Positions 1-9,690 are shown, counted from the first letter of the stretch. The stretch: 64,000 nt of DNA from Bryobacterales bacterium (GCA_963722575.1 CAVRNR010000003.1:461766-525765), one strand, 5' to 3'. Numbers and translations: made by a program. The notes: generated by a model from the sequence alone, not told the origin.

Positions 1-1290
1 GAAACAGCCCAGGATGCTGCGCAGCTCGGTATTAGTGGCGCGCGGCGCCACCGTGGCCAGGTCGTCGATCATACGCGCGTTGGGGTCCAATTCCTTGTAC
101 TGGTCCTGGGCGAAGTAGTCGGGCTGGGCGTTGTGCCCGAGCGTGTACACGCCGGCGCTCACCGGTTCCGCGCCGGCGAGGATCTTGATGAGCGTCGATT
201 TGCCGGCGCCGTTGACTCCCACCAGAGCCACCCGGTCGCCGCGCTCGACGATGAAATCCACTTCGGAGAATACCAGGTGTTCGCCATAACTTTTGGCCAC
301 GTTCTTGAATTCCGCGACTACCCTGCCGCTGGGCTTGGGCTGCGGAAAGCTGAAGCGGATGGTCTTTTCCTGGGGCGGAATCTCGATTCTTTCGATCCGG
401 TCCAGTTCCTTGATGCGGCTCTGCACCTGCTTGGCCTTGGTGGCCTGGTAGCGAAAGCGGGTGATAAAGGCTTCGATCTGGCGGATTCTGTCCTGCTGGT
501 TGTTATAGGCCGCCTGGAGCTGCGCGCGGCGCTCGGTCTTCTGCACCTCGTAGCGCGAGTACCCGCCGGTGTAGAAATGCAGGCCCTTGTTCCAGAGCTC
601 GCCGATCTTGCGCACGGTGACATCCAGAAAATACCGGTCGTGCGACACCAGCACGAAGCCATGGGGATAGGCGGTGAGGTACTCTTCCAGCCAGTTGCGG
701 GCCTCCAGGTCGAGATGGTTGGTGGGCTCGTCGAGCAAGAGCAGGTTGGGCCTTTCCAGCAGCAGCTTGGCGAGCGCGATGCGCATCTGCCAGCCTCCCG
801 AGAACTCCTCGGTGCGGCGCTTCCAGTCGCGCTGCGGGAATCCGAGGCCCGAGAGCACGCTGCCCACCTGCGCGTCGATGGCATATCCGTCGCGCGCGCG
901 AAACTCGCCTTCCGCGCGATGGAAACGCTCGGCCACCTGGGCGTATTCGGCGCTTTCCGGGTCCAGCTCGGCCATGCAACGCGCGAGATCCTCCTGCTCG
1001 TCTTCGAGCGCGCGCAGGTCCGCGAACACGGTCATGCACTCCGCGAAAACCGAGCGGCCGGAAAGCCATAGCCCCTCCTGCGGCAGATACCCGATGCTGA
1101 CCGCTTTTTGCGTGGCGATGGAGCCGGAATCCAGGCCCTCGATGCCTGCCAGCACTTTGAGCAGAGACGACTTCCCCGCCCCGTTCGCGCCCACGATGCC
1201 GACGCGCTCGTTGGGCGTGACCAGCCAGTCGACGTTTTCAAAAAGAATTCTGGGGCCGTAGCGCTTTCCCGCCCCCGTGAGTTGAATCAT
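1..1290 (-). CDS. ABC-F family ATPase (EttA/Uup/YbiT-like); 5' ~430 codons, 3' end runs off the window
   Basis: This frame is absent from the ORF track because it has no stop inside the window. My translation from the ATG at 1288-1290 reads MIQLTGAGKRYGPRILFENVDWLVTPNERVGIVGANGAGKSSLLKVLAG (Walker A). Later come FSGGWQMRIALAKLLLERP (ABC signature) and a second Walker A, VALVGVNGAGKSTLI. Two cassettes with no TM domain indicate an ABC-F protein. Confidence 0.85.
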   Translation of the reverse strand, partial: MIQLTGAGKRYGPRILFENVDWLVTPNERVGIVGANGAGKSSLLKVLAGIEGLDSGSIATQKAVSIGYLPQEGLWLSGRSVFAECMTVFADLRALEDEQEDLARCMAELDPESAEYAQVAERFHRAEGEFRARDGYAIDAQVGSVLSGLGFPQRDWKRRTEEFSGGWQMRIALAKLLLERPNLLLLDEPTNHLDLEARNWLEEYLTAYPHGFVLVSHDRYFLDVTVRKIGELWNKGLHFYTGGYSRYEVQKTERRAQLQAAYNNQQDRIRQIEAFITRFRYQATKAKQVQSRIKELDRIERIEIPPQEKTIRFSFPQPKPSGRVVAEFKNVAKSYGEHLVFSEVDFIVERGDRVALVGVNGAGKSTLIKILAGAEPVSAGVYTLGHNAQPDYFAQDQYKELDPNARMIDDLATVAPRATNTELRSILGCF

Positions 1291-1375
1291 GAGTCTCGCC
1301 GAAGTATCGAAGCGGCTTCCAAATTACATTCTAACGAGTAGCGCCGCCCTCGACACTTTGATATAAAATAGCGCC

Positions 1376-2401
1376 GTGAGTATCCACAGACGATCATTCC
1401 TGACGGCCGTGGCGCTGGCCCCGGCGGCGTTGGCCCAGACACAACGCGATTGGAGCGGCCAGGTGCCGGTCCGCTATGCCGATCCCGATGTCATTGCGCT
1501 GGACAAGCGGTTTCAGAAATACAGGATCGACAACACAACCATCCAGAGAGTGTGGACGGGCGCCTTATGGGCCGAAGGCCCCGCGTGGAACGGCGCCGGG
1601 CGCTATCTGGTGTGGAGCGACCTTCCCAACAATCGCCAGATGCGCTGGCTGGAGGAGGACGGACACGTTAGCGTCTTTCGTTCGCCATCCGAATATAGCA
1701 ACGGCAATACCTTCGATTTCGAGGGGCGACAGGTCTCCTGCCAGCACGGCCTGCGGCGCGTGGTGCGCTTCGAGCCGGATGGCGCCACCACGGTGATCGC
1801 CGACAAGTGGCAGGGAAAGCCGCTCAACTCTCCCAATGACCTGGTGGTACATCCCGATGGCGCGGTGTGGTTCACCGACCCACCCTACGGCATTCTGGGC
1901 TACTACGAAGGCTTTCAGGCCAAGCCCGAGCTCAAGGAAGCGGTATATCGCGTCGAACCAAAGACCGGGAAGATGGACAAGGTGACCGACGAGCTGGATA
2001 AGCCCAACGGTATCTGCTTTTCGCCCGACTACAAGAAGGTGTACATCTGCGATACCGGAGACCCCAAGGACATACAGGTGTTTGACGTGGTGGACGGCAA
2101 GAGCCTGCGCAACAAGCGGCAGTTCACCAACATGACGATTCCGGGCAAGGGATCGGGCCTGGCCGACGGAATTCGCGCCGACACCGACGGCAACATCTGG
2201 GCCGGCGCGGGCTGGGGTGGCGCTGGCTACGACGGCGTCCACGTGTTCACGCCGGCCGGCGAGCGCATCGGAATGATCGTGCTGCCGGAGGCCTGCGCCA
2301 ATGTCTGCTTCGGCGGCAGCAAGCGGAACCGCCTGTTCATGGCCGCCAGCCAATCGATTTACGCCGTGTACGTGGGGACGCGCGGGGCGCACATCGCGTA
2401 G
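1376..2401 (+). CDS. SMP-30/gluconolactonase/LRE-family lactonase, TAT/Sec-exported
   Basis: 341-aa ORF with a GTG start and a twin-arginine leader (HRRSFLTAVALAPAALAQ). Beta-propeller lactonase motifs are present: LWAEGPAWN, NSPNDLVVHPDGAVWFTDP, PNGICFSPD and ADGIRADTDGNIWA. Confidence 0.85.
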   Translation: MSIHRRSFLTAVALAPAALAQTQRDWSGQVPVRYADPDVIALDKRFQKYRIDNTTIQRVWTGALWAEGPAWNGAGRYLVWSDLPNNRQMRWLEEDGHVSVFRSPSEYSNGNTFDFEGRQVSCQHGLRRVVRFEPDGATTVIADKWQGKPLNSPNDLVVHPDGAVWFTDPPYGILGYYEGFQAKPELKEAVYRVEPKTGKMDKVTDELDKPNGICFSPDYKKVYICDTGDPKDIQVFDVVDGKSLRNKRQFTNMTIPGKGSGLADGIRADTDGNIWAGAGWGGAGYDGVHVFTPAGERIGMIVLPEACANVCFGGSKRNRLFMAASQSIYAVYVGTRGAHIA

Positions 2402-2466
2402 CGGCGTTCTTCGCGCCCGACCGGCCATCCGGAAATCGCCCGGAACCTGCCCCGACTGGGGGCAGA

Positions 2467-3120
2467 CTACTCAGGGGATGACAATTTCTCGATACGATCA
2501 ACCACTAACTCTTGAATCGGACGTTTCGCTGAAGCCAACTCAAGGCCAAGTTGCTCCTTTACGCGCCGGAAGAGATCGACGCCGCTCCAGGTGAGGTTGA
2601 TGTCAAAAGAGCCGCCCAGCCCGGTTTCGTCTATCACGGGACGTCTCAGGGCTATTGAAAGGCACCGAGCGAGCGCTGAGACCTCAAAGCCGGGCATCTT
2701 CAGGGAGCCGTAATTGATGTCAACGTGAACATTACGACCACCCTCTTTTGGCTGAAGCCTGAGCGGGGTGCCATCACCGGGAAGCTTGAGGACCAAGACT
2801 TCGATCTCCTTGATCTCCTTGTGCGTAAGCAGATGCAACCGGTCCGCAAGTTCTCGCTGCATGGCTGGCTGAAACTGCTGCGCTGAGTACGTTTTGCCCG
2901 GCACCATCGTATAAGCGACACACTCAGTCCGCATCCAATCCGGGCCCTCGATGAGGTACTCGGGCACTCCATATGCTAGCCCGAGAAGCGTCGTGATGCT
3001 CTGTCCCGCGTACTGGTTATCACAGCGTCGAATAGAGAGATCTTCCTGCGCTTGCGCATCGGGAGTCTGCCCGAGCATTGCAGCGAGGGCTAAGCATACA
3101 AGCCAGGTACGAATGCTCAT
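2467..3120 (-). CDS. Secreted protein of the TIGR03435-like (Solibacter 'soil-associated') paralogous family
   Basis: 217-aa ORF with a signal peptide (MSIRTWLVCLALAAMLGQTPDAQA). The overall layout and the C-terminal tail (QLGLELASAKRPIQELVVDRIEKLSSPE) match my recollection of TIGR03435 family members. Confidence 0.65.
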   Translation of the reverse strand: MSIRTWLVCLALAAMLGQTPDAQAQEDLSIRRCDNQYAGQSITTLLGLAYGVPEYLIEGPDWMRTECVAYTMVPGKTYSAQQFQPAMQRELADRLHLLTHKEIKEIEVLVLKLPGDGTPLRLQPKEGGRNVHVDINYGSLKMPGFEVSALARCLSIALRRPVIDETGLGGSFDINLTWSGVDLFRRVKEQLGLELASAKRPIQELVVDRIEKLSSPE

Positions 3121-3226
3121 GTCCAGACGTTACCACTTCCGCCGGTAATGGGCGAAACGCCTAGGAAGGGGCGGCCCGCCGCGCCGGAGCGCCTCTGCCA
3201 CATATTCCCGTGATACACTGAAAACT

Positions 3227-3478
3227 GTGAAAGGCTCGACACACAAGAACGTCACGCTCAGCCTGCCCGAGGCATTGCTCCGGCGGTTTCGGATCTACGC
3301 GGCTTCCCGGAACCAATCGATGACCAGCCTGATGGCCGAAGCCATCCGCGAGATTATGAATCGGGATGCGAATTCGGCGAAAGCCAAGCGGCGGTTCCTC
3401 GAGCGCATCGAGCGCGCTCCGGATAGAGGAACGCGCGGAGCGATCCGCTGGAGCCGGAAAGAGCTGCATGAGCGTTGA
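3227..3478 (+). CDS. Ribbon-helix-helix (CopG/VapB-like) antitoxin
   Basis: 83-aa ORF with a GTG start. The N-terminal segment KNVTLSLPEALLRRFRIYAASRNQSMTSLMAEAIREI is a typical RHH fold signature. The ORF overlaps the downstream PIN gene by 11 nt. Confidence 0.7.
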   Translation: MKGSTHKNVTLSLPEALLRRFRIYAASRNQSMTSLMAEAIREIMNRDANSAKAKRRFLERIERAPDRGTRGAIRWSRKELHER

Positions 3479-3878
3479 GTTCGTCGATACCAACGTCCTG
3501 ATTTACGCTCACGATGGGGGCGCCGGCAAGAAGCACGAGCGATCGGTCCAACTGTTGAGGCGGCTGGTGGAGGATGGGGCCGGAGCCGTCAGCATTCAGG
3601 TGCTCGCGGAGTTCTACTCTGCCGCCACCAGGAAGCTCGGCATCGCCAGCCAGGAAGCCGAGGAGATACTGGCCGATCTGGGCGGTTGGATCATTCACCG
3701 TCCCGGCCATGCGGACCTGCTGCGAGCCGCGCGCTTCCAGCGCCGCTACAAGATGTCCTGGCGGGACGCACTGGTGGTCACGAGCGCCGTCGAATTGGGC
3801 TGCGGCGTCTTCTGGAGCGAAGATCTGGCCGGCGGGCAGCGGTACGGAAGCGTGACGGTGCGGAATCCGTTCGTCTGA
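3468..3878 (+). CDS. vapC: PIN-domain toxin (VapC family)
   Basis: The start is the internal ATG of track ORF 3366..3878, at 3468. The product MSVEFVDTNVLIYAHD... carries conserved acidic PIN positions (VDTN, LAEF, RDALVV). It overlaps the upstream antitoxin. Confidence 0.8.
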   Translation: MSVEFVDTNVLIYAHDGGAGKKHERSVQLLRRLVEDGAGAVSIQVLAEFYSAATRKLGIASQEAEEILADLGGWIIHRPGHADLLRAARFQRRYKMSWRDALVVTSAVELGCGVFWSEDLAGGQRYGSVTVRNPFV

Positions 3879-3888
3879 GCCGGCCGGC

Positions 3889-4539
3889 TTACCGCCCGAT
3901 GACCACGGCCACGGCGGCGGGCCCGACCTCCAGCCGTTCGATGCGGTGCCCCAGCTCGAAGGGGCGGCCCACCACGGCATCCGGATACAGAGGAAGAAGG
4001 ACATTCTGAATGAGGAAGTCCAGCGTCCAGCCGTCGATGGCGACGCCGGAAATCTCGACGCGCTCGAGGTCCACCGTGGCCTGGCCGCCGGCGGAGCGAA
4101 AACGCGCCGTCACGCTCACCGGACGGTCGCCATCCAGCAGCTTCGACATCAACCAGCCAGTCTGGTATCCGTGCGCGCGGCGCAGCTTTCCGAAATCCAC
4201 CATGGCGGTGCCCGTCGCCATGCCCGGCGCCGTCAACTGTAGGCGCGGGTTGCGCACCCCTGCCGGGACTGCCTGCTTGGCATAGGCGTCCAACTCGCCG
4301 GCACTCAGTTCCACGCGTGAACCGGCTTTCAAGTGGCCACTCTCGATGGAGTCGAACTTCTGTTTGGCGGAAAGATAGTCGTTGGGAGCGGCGCCCAGCG
4401 TCGCGAGGCCCAGCAGCGGAATGGCCCACCAGAGACGAAGCTTCACGCGAGAATAGACGTTCGTCTGGACGCTCCGGTTGCGATTTAGGGGCAAGCCACC
4501 CAGAGGCTGTGGATATGTCCCCAATCGGAAGTGTAGCAT
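3889..4539 (-). CDS. Hypothetical secreted/membrane-anchored protein
   Basis: 216-aa ORF with a hydrophobic segment (VKLRLWWAIPLLGLATLGAAP) after about 31 residues. A GTG at 4444-4446 would make that segment an N-terminal signal peptide. I recognise no family. Confidence 0.5.
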   Translation of the reverse strand: MLHFRLGTYPQPLGGLPLNRNRSVQTNVYSRVKLRLWWAIPLLGLATLGAAPNDYLSAKQKFDSIESGHLKAGSRVELSAGELDAYAKQAVPAGVRNPRLQLTAPGMATGTAMVDFGKLRRAHGYQTGWLMSKLLDGDRPVSVTARFRSAGGQATVDLERVEISGVAIDGWTLDFLIQNVLLPLYPDAVVGRPFELGHRIERLEVGPAAVAVVIGR

Positions 4540-4623
4540 CCGGCCGTTGGCGTGGTGCTATATTTAGAAACAGCAACTTAGGCGATTGGCCTGAGTGTTG
4601 CATTCTTCGGTAGGGGGGATGAT

Positions 4624-5169
4624 GTGCCGATTCAGATGGTGGTGTTGGCGATCGCGGTGGTGCTGGGTGCCGTCGCGGGGTGGCGCGTGGCAGATGCTTG
4701 GTGGAAGTATCGCGGCCGGCGAGCGGTCATCTGTCCCGAGAACCAGAGGCCGGCGGGCGTGGTGGTGGATGCCCGGCATGCGGCGGCGACGGCGCTCGGA
4801 AAGTCGCCGGAATTGCGGCTGGCATCGTGCTCCCGCTGGCCGGAGCACGCCGGCTGCGGGCAGGAATGCCTCCGCCAGATCGAAGCCTCGCCGGAGGGTT
4901 GCCTGGTTCGCAACATCCTGACGAAGTGGTACGAGGGCAAGGTTTGCGCGTGGTGCGGCCAACCGTTCGGTGAAATCGACTGGGCCGGCCGCAAGCCGGC
5001 GCTGCTCGGCGCCGACGGAGTGTCCGTCGAATGGAGCGAAGTTCCAGCCGATCAGCTACATGAGACGCTGGCGGCGGCGTCCCCGGTCTGCTTCGCTTGC
5101 CACACGGCCAACAAGCTGGTTCGGGAACATCCGGAGCTGGCCCTCGACCGCGCGCGGCCCAAAGCATAA
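4624..5169 (+). CDS. Membrane-anchored Cys-rich protein (two CxxC pairs, zinc-ribbon-like)
   Basis: 181-aa ORF with an N-terminal TM helix (VVLAIAVVLGAVAGW). Downstream cysteines include CSRW..GCGQEC..GC, CAWC and CFAC. I recognise no family. Confidence 0.55.
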   Translation: MPIQMVVLAIAVVLGAVAGWRVADAWWKYRGRRAVICPENQRPAGVVVDARHAAATALGKSPELRLASCSRWPEHAGCGQECLRQIEASPEGCLVRNILTKWYEGKVCAWCGQPFGEIDWAGRKPALLGADGVSVEWSEVPADQLHETLAAASPVCFACHTANKLVREHPELALDRARPKA

Positions 5170-5178
5170 CCCGCTTCC

Positions 5179-6672
5179 ATGGCACCCGCCAGTATGGCCC
5201 GCATCGGCACGGTCGATGAACGCTTTCAGTCGTTCAACATCGAGATGGTAGAGGTCACGGGCGGTAGATTCTGGAGGCCCTATGGCAAGCAGGTCGACGC
5301 TCTTCTGAAAGCGCAGCCATCGGCCGGTCCGGTGGGCATGGACCCGGCCCTGTATCGACAGCGGCCACCCATAGATCTCACCCACCCCCGGCTTCGCAAA
5401 CTGGCCGCCGCGCTGGGGCCTGCTTATGTTCGGGTCAGCGGCACATGGGCCAACACCACCTACTTTCAAGATTCGGACGATGCCGCCCCGTCAAATCCGC
5501 CCGCGGGCTTCAATGGAGTGTTGACGCGCCGCCAGTGGAAGGGAGTGGTGGACTTCTCGCGCGCGGTCGACGCCCGCATCGTCAGTTCCTTTGCCATCAG
5601 CGCGGGGACCCGCGATGCCGCCGGCGTCTGGACTCCGGCGCAGGCGCGCCGGTTCCTGGCTTACACCAGATCCATCGGCGGCAGCATCGCCGCGGCCGAA
5701 TTCATGAACGAACCCACTTTTGCGGAGATAGGTGGCGCACCGAAGAGCTATGATGCCGCCGCTTATGCGCGCGATATCGCCGTCTTCCACCCCTTCGCCA
5801 GACAGGCTGCTCCCGGCATGGTGATTCTGGGTCCCGGCTCCGTCGGCGAGGGAATCTCGCTCGTGCCGGCAGGCATGGCGAGGGGCCTGCTCAAGACCGA
5901 GGATCTGCTCACCGCCGCGGGCCCGGCCTTCGATGCCTTCTCCTACCATTTCTATGGCGCCCTTTCCAAACGATGTGCGGGTATGGTTCCAGGAGCGGGA
6001 ACCACCCCTGAAGAGGCGCTCTCCGAACAGTGGCTTGCGCGCACCGGCCGGGTGGAGGCATTCTACGCCGGTCTCCGCGATCGATTCGCTCCCGGCAAGC
6101 CGCTCTGGCTCACCGAAACCGCGGACGCAGCCTGCGGCGGCAACCCATGGGGCTCGACCTTTCTCGATAGCTTTCGCTATCTCGATCAGCTTGGACGCCT
6201 GGCCCGGAGCGGCGTCCAGGTGGTAGCCCACAACACGCTGGCCTCCAGCGACTATGGCTTGCTCGACGAGAATACGCTGACCCCGCGGCCCAATTACTGG
6301 TCGGCTCTGCTTTGGCGCAGACTCATGGGTCCGGCCGTGCTAAATCCGGGTTCGTCGCCCGCGCCGGCGTTGCATCTCTATGCCCACTGTTTGCGCGGCC
6401 ACCCGGGAGGCGTAGCGCTGCTGGCGATCAACACCGGCCGGACGGCATCGCAATCGCTCGAACTTCCCACGGAGTCGGACCGCTACACGCTGACCGCCCG
6501 GAATCTGGAAGACACACGGGTTGACCTGAACGGGAATGAACTCCGATTAGGCGCCAACGATGAGTTGCCCCGGCTGGCAGGCGTGCCCACACCGTCCGGC
6601 CGCGTCACATTCGCACCCGCCAGCATTACCTTCCTGGCGATACCGAACGCCAACAACGGCAGTTGCCGATAG
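5179..6672 (+). CDS. Glycoside hydrolase family 79-like (heparanase/beta-glucuronidase-like)
   Basis: 497-aa ORF. The FMNEPTF motif matches the acid/base NEP motif, and LWLTETADAACGGNPW matches the nucleophile GE/TE..GG motif of the GH79 (beta/alpha)8 fold. No signal peptide is visible. Confidence 0.7.
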   Translation: MAPASMARIGTVDERFQSFNIEMVEVTGGRFWRPYGKQVDALLKAQPSAGPVGMDPALYRQRPPIDLTHPRLRKLAAALGPAYVRVSGTWANTTYFQDSDDAAPSNPPAGFNGVLTRRQWKGVVDFSRAVDARIVSSFAISAGTRDAAGVWTPAQARRFLAYTRSIGGSIAAAEFMNEPTFAEIGGAPKSYDAAAYARDIAVFHPFARQAAPGMVILGPGSVGEGISLVPAGMARGLLKTEDLLTAAGPAFDAFSYHFYGALSKRCAGMVPGAGTTPEEALSEQWLARTGRVEAFYAGLRDRFAPGKPLWLTETADAACGGNPWGSTFLDSFRYLDQLGRLARSGVQVVAHNTLASSDYGLLDENTLTPRPNYWSALLWRRLMGPAVLNPGSSPAPALHLYAHCLRGHPGGVALLAINTGRTASQSLELPTESDRYTLTARNLEDTRVDLNGNELRLGANDELPRLAGVPTPSGRVTFAPASITFLAIPNANNGSCR

Positions 6673-6678
6673 CGCAAA

Positions 6679-6766
6679 CCCCGCCCCCCGGCCCCCGGCC
6701 TCTGACCCCGGCGCCCCGACCCCCGGCGTCCCGCCCCACCGTCCCCGGCCCCCGGCCCCGGCCCCC
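6679..6766. repeat. C-run low-complexity tract (11 runs of 4 or more C on the + strand; G-runs on the - strand)
   Basis: Counted directly in the sequence. The runs lie at 6679-82, 6684-89, 6692-96, 6706-09, 6714-17, 6720-24, 6734-37, 6743-46, 6749-53, 6756-59 and 6762-66. The tract fills the intergenic spacer. Confidence 0.9.
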
Positions 6767-6774
6767 GCTTCTAT

Positions 6775-9684
6775 GTGATGATCGAAATCATGCGTAGAAC
6801 GGCAATCTGCCTCTTTGTTGCCCTGACGCTTTCGGCCGCCGGCAAGAAGCCCGCCAAAGCGCCGGTGCCGGTCCCGGCCGCCGCACCTCGGAAAAACGAC
6901 GAGGGGTACACGGCCAAGATCCACCAGTACACCACCGAGCCGTTTTTCCTGACGGAGCTGGTGGACCATCTGCCCGCCTCCGCTAGCGTGCCTACGCCGG
7001 AGAAGGTGCTGGGGTACGCCATCGGCACGCCCAACAAGCTCACTTATACGAAGGACATCTACCGCTACATGCGGGAGCTCGAGAAGGCCTCCAAGCGGGT
7101 CAAGGTGTTTGCCATCGGCCACTCGGAAGAAGGCCGCGAAATCATCCTGGTGGCGGTCTCGGACGAGGGCAACATTGCCAAACTCGACCATTACAAGGAA
7201 CTCACCGCGCGCCTCGCGGACCCGCGCCGGACGCCTCAGCCGGAGGCGGACCAACTGATCGCCGAGGCGCTGCCGTTTTACTGGGCCTCGGGCAGCATCC
7301 ATTCGCCCGAGGCCGGCTCGCCCGAGATGCTGATGGAACTGGCGTACCGGCTGGCGGTGGAAGAATCGCCGCTGGTCGAGAACATCCGCAGGAATTCGAT
7401 TGTGCTGATCACGCCGGTCTCCGAAGCCGATGGCCGCGACCGCGCCGTGGACGTGTACAACTACCGCAAGGCCAACCCGGCGAAGACGGCGCCCACGCAA
7501 ATCTACTGGGGCAAGTACGTGGCGCACGACAACAATCGCGATGGGTTGGGCATGGCGCTGGCGCTGACCCGCACCATGATGAGCGCGTTCCTCGAATACC
7601 ACCCCACCGTCCTGCACGATCTGCACGAATCGCAGCCATTTCTTTACGTATCCACCGGCATGGGCCCTTACAATGCGTGGCTCGACCCGCTGGTGATCGA
7701 CGAGTGGCAGAAAATGGCGTACGTGGACGTCGAGGAGATGACCAAGCGCGGCGTGCCGGGCGTGTGGACGCACGGGTATTACGACGGATGGGCGCCCAAC
7801 TACATGTTCTACGTGGCCAATGGGCACAACTCCATCGGACGGTTCTATGAGACGTTTGGCGGCTTTGGCGCGGATACCGGCGAACGCACCGTGCCGGCGA
7901 GCGCCACCAGCCGGACCTGGTACCGCCCCAACCCGCCGCTGCCGCGGGTGAACTGGTCGCTCCGCGACAACATCAATCTGCAGCAGAGCGCCCTGCTGAT
8001 CTCGATGAACAACGTGGCGGCCAATCGCCGGGAATTCCTCGGCAACTTTTATCTGAAGAGCAGGCGAAGCGTGGACAAGGCCAGGAATGAAGGACCGGCG
8101 GCATGGGTGATTCCCGGTGACGATCCCCGTCCCGGGGAGTGCGCGAAGGTGGTCAACCTGCTGCGCCTGCAAGGCGTCGAGGTCGATCGTCTGGCGAGCG
8201 ACACCGAAGTCGCGGTGGGGCAGGATGGGACGAAGCGGAAGTTCGCCGCCGGCAGCTACGTGGTCCGCATGGATCAGCCTTACAGCCGCATGGCGGACAT
8301 GCTGCTCGACACGCAGTATTACAACGTCGGCGATCCGCCGCCATACGACGACACCGGATGGACCGTGGGACCGCTGCACAACATCACCACGGTGCGGGTG
8401 GCGAAGCCCGACATTCTGCAAGCGTCCATGACGCTGCTGGTGGAAGCGGCCAAGCCCGCCGGCAAAGTCGCGGGACCGGTTTCGGCTGCGGCCTACCTCA
8501 TCAATCACAACGCCGACAACACGTTGGCCACCTTCCGTTTCAAACTGAAGGACGTCAAAATGTTCGCCGCCGAAGATGCCTTCAAGTCCGGGGACCGCGG
8601 TTTCGCCGCCGGCTCGTTCATCGTCAAGACGGAAGGCAATCCGGACGGCCTGCGCGCGCGGCTGGAGAGCGCCGCGGCGGCCCTCGGGATTGCCATCTAT
8701 GCTTCAGCCGAAGTTCCCAAGGTTGCCATGCACGAGCTGGCGGCTCCGCGCATCGCGCTGGTGCATACCTGGACCAACACCCAGAACGAGGGCTGGTTCC
8801 GGGTGGCTTTCGACCGCCTGCAAATCCCCTACGATTACATTTCCGACCAGAAGCTGAAGGCGACGGCCAACCTGCGCGACAGGTGGGACGTGATTCTGTT
8901 CGGCCCGGTGGGTGGGACCGCGCAGCGCATCGTCAACGGCCTGCCCATGCGCGGCGATCCGATCCCATGGAAGAAAACCGACCTTACGCCCAACCTGGGC
9001 GGCTCCCCTGACACCACCGATGACATGCGCGGCGGCATGGGACTCGAGGGGCTGGTGAACGTGGCCCGGTTCATCGATGCGGGCGGCCTTTTCATCACCA
9101 TCACCGGAAACGCGTCGATTCCCATCGATTACGGAATCATCGAGGGCGTCGCCATCGCCAGCACGCCGCAGTTGCGCGCCAGCGGCAGCGTGATCGACGC
9201 GGTGATCGCCGATAAGCGCAGCCCGATTGCCTATGGTTACGGCGACAAGCTGGCCGTGTACTTCAACCAGTCGCCCGTGTTTTCAGTGGGTGCGGGCGGC
9301 GGCGGAACGGCAGGCTCCAACCGTCCGACCGGCCGCGGGACGCTGACCGATCCCGACATCCCGCAAGGACGCCCCTTGCAGATGGCTTCTCCGCCGGCCG
9401 GGCCGGCCGTGCAAGCGGATGTTTTCGGCCGCGGCGCTCCGTTACCGCCGGAGCTGAGGCCCCGCGTGGTGGTGCGGTTCGCCGGGGAGAAAGACCTGCT
9501 GGTTTCCGGCATGCTGGCGGGCGGCTCCGAGCTGGCCAATCAAGCCGCGGTGGTGGACGTTCCGCGCGGCCAAGGCCACGTGTTGTTGTTCGCCAACAAT
9601 CCGATGTGGCGCAATGAGACGCAGGGCAGCTACTTTCTGCTCTTCAACGCCATGCTGAATTTCGACCACCTGGGGGTAAGGTAG
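6775..9684 (+). CDS. Large secreted M14-family zinc carboxypeptidase-like protein
   Basis: 969-aa ORF with a possible alternative ATG at 6790. It has a signal peptide (RRTAICLFVALTLSAAG). The motifs HSPEAGSPEMLMELAYRL and WGKYVAHDNNRD fit the M14 zinc-binding HxxE region and core. Confidence 0.75.
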   Translation: MMIEIMRRTAICLFVALTLSAAGKKPAKAPVPVPAAAPRKNDEGYTAKIHQYTTEPFFLTELVDHLPASASVPTPEKVLGYAIGTPNKLTYTKDIYRYMRELEKASKRVKVFAIGHSEEGREIILVAVSDEGNIAKLDHYKELTARLADPRRTPQPEADQLIAEALPFYWASGSIHSPEAGSPEMLMELAYRLAVEESPLVENIRRNSIVLITPVSEADGRDRAVDVYNYRKANPAKTAPTQIYWGKYVAHDNNRDGLGMALALTRTMMSAFLEYHPTVLHDLHESQPFLYVSTGMGPYNAWLDPLVIDEWQKMAYVDVEEMTKRGVPGVWTHGYYDGWAPNYMFYVANGHNSIGRFYETFGGFGADTGERTVPASATSRTWYRPNPPLPRVNWSLRDNINLQQSALLISMNNVAANRREFLGNFYLKSRRSVDKARNEGPAAWVIPGDDPRPGECAKVVNLLRLQGVEVDRLASDTEVAVGQDGTKRKFAAGSYVVRMDQPYSRMADMLLDTQYYNVGDPPPYDDTGWTVGPLHNITTVRVAKPDILQASMTLLVEAAKPAGKVAGPVSAAAYLINHNADNTLATFRFKLKDVKMFAAEDAFKSGDRGFAAGSFIVKTEGNPDGLRARLESAAAALGIAIYASAEVPKVAMHELAAPRIALVHTWTNTQNEGWFRVAFDRLQIPYDYISDQKLKATANLRDRWDVILFGPVGGTAQRIVNGLPMRGDPIPWKKTDLTPNLGGSPDTTDDMRGGMGLEGLVNVARFIDAGGLFITITGNASIPIDYGIIEGVAIASTPQLRASGSVIDAVIADKRSPIAYGYGDKLAVYFNQSPVFSVGAGGGGTAGSNRPTGRGTLTDPDIPQGRPLQMASPPAGPAVQADVFGRGAPLPPELRPRVVVRFAGEKDLLVSGMLAGGSELANQAAVVDVPRGQGHVLLFANNPMWRNETQGSYFLLFNAMLNFDHLGVR

Positions 9685-9690
9685 AAAAAA

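Noticed and set aside
6560-6778. A 72-aa Pro-rich ORF across the C-run tract.
   Set aside because: It is a pure low-complexity translation of the C-run spacer, with no start context or SD.
6547-8508. A 653-aa minus-strand ORF antisense to the M14 peptidase gene. Similar long antisense ORFs occur at 133..1071, 26326..27582, 29044..31653, 33871..35229, 35064..36263, 37206..38579, 45060..46376, 57071..58606 and 59722..61167.
   Set aside because: Their composition is Arg/Gly/Ala/His/Pro-rich with no recognisable motifs. This is typical of stop-free antisense frames in high-GC DNA. In every case the opposite strand encodes a protein with clear family signatures.
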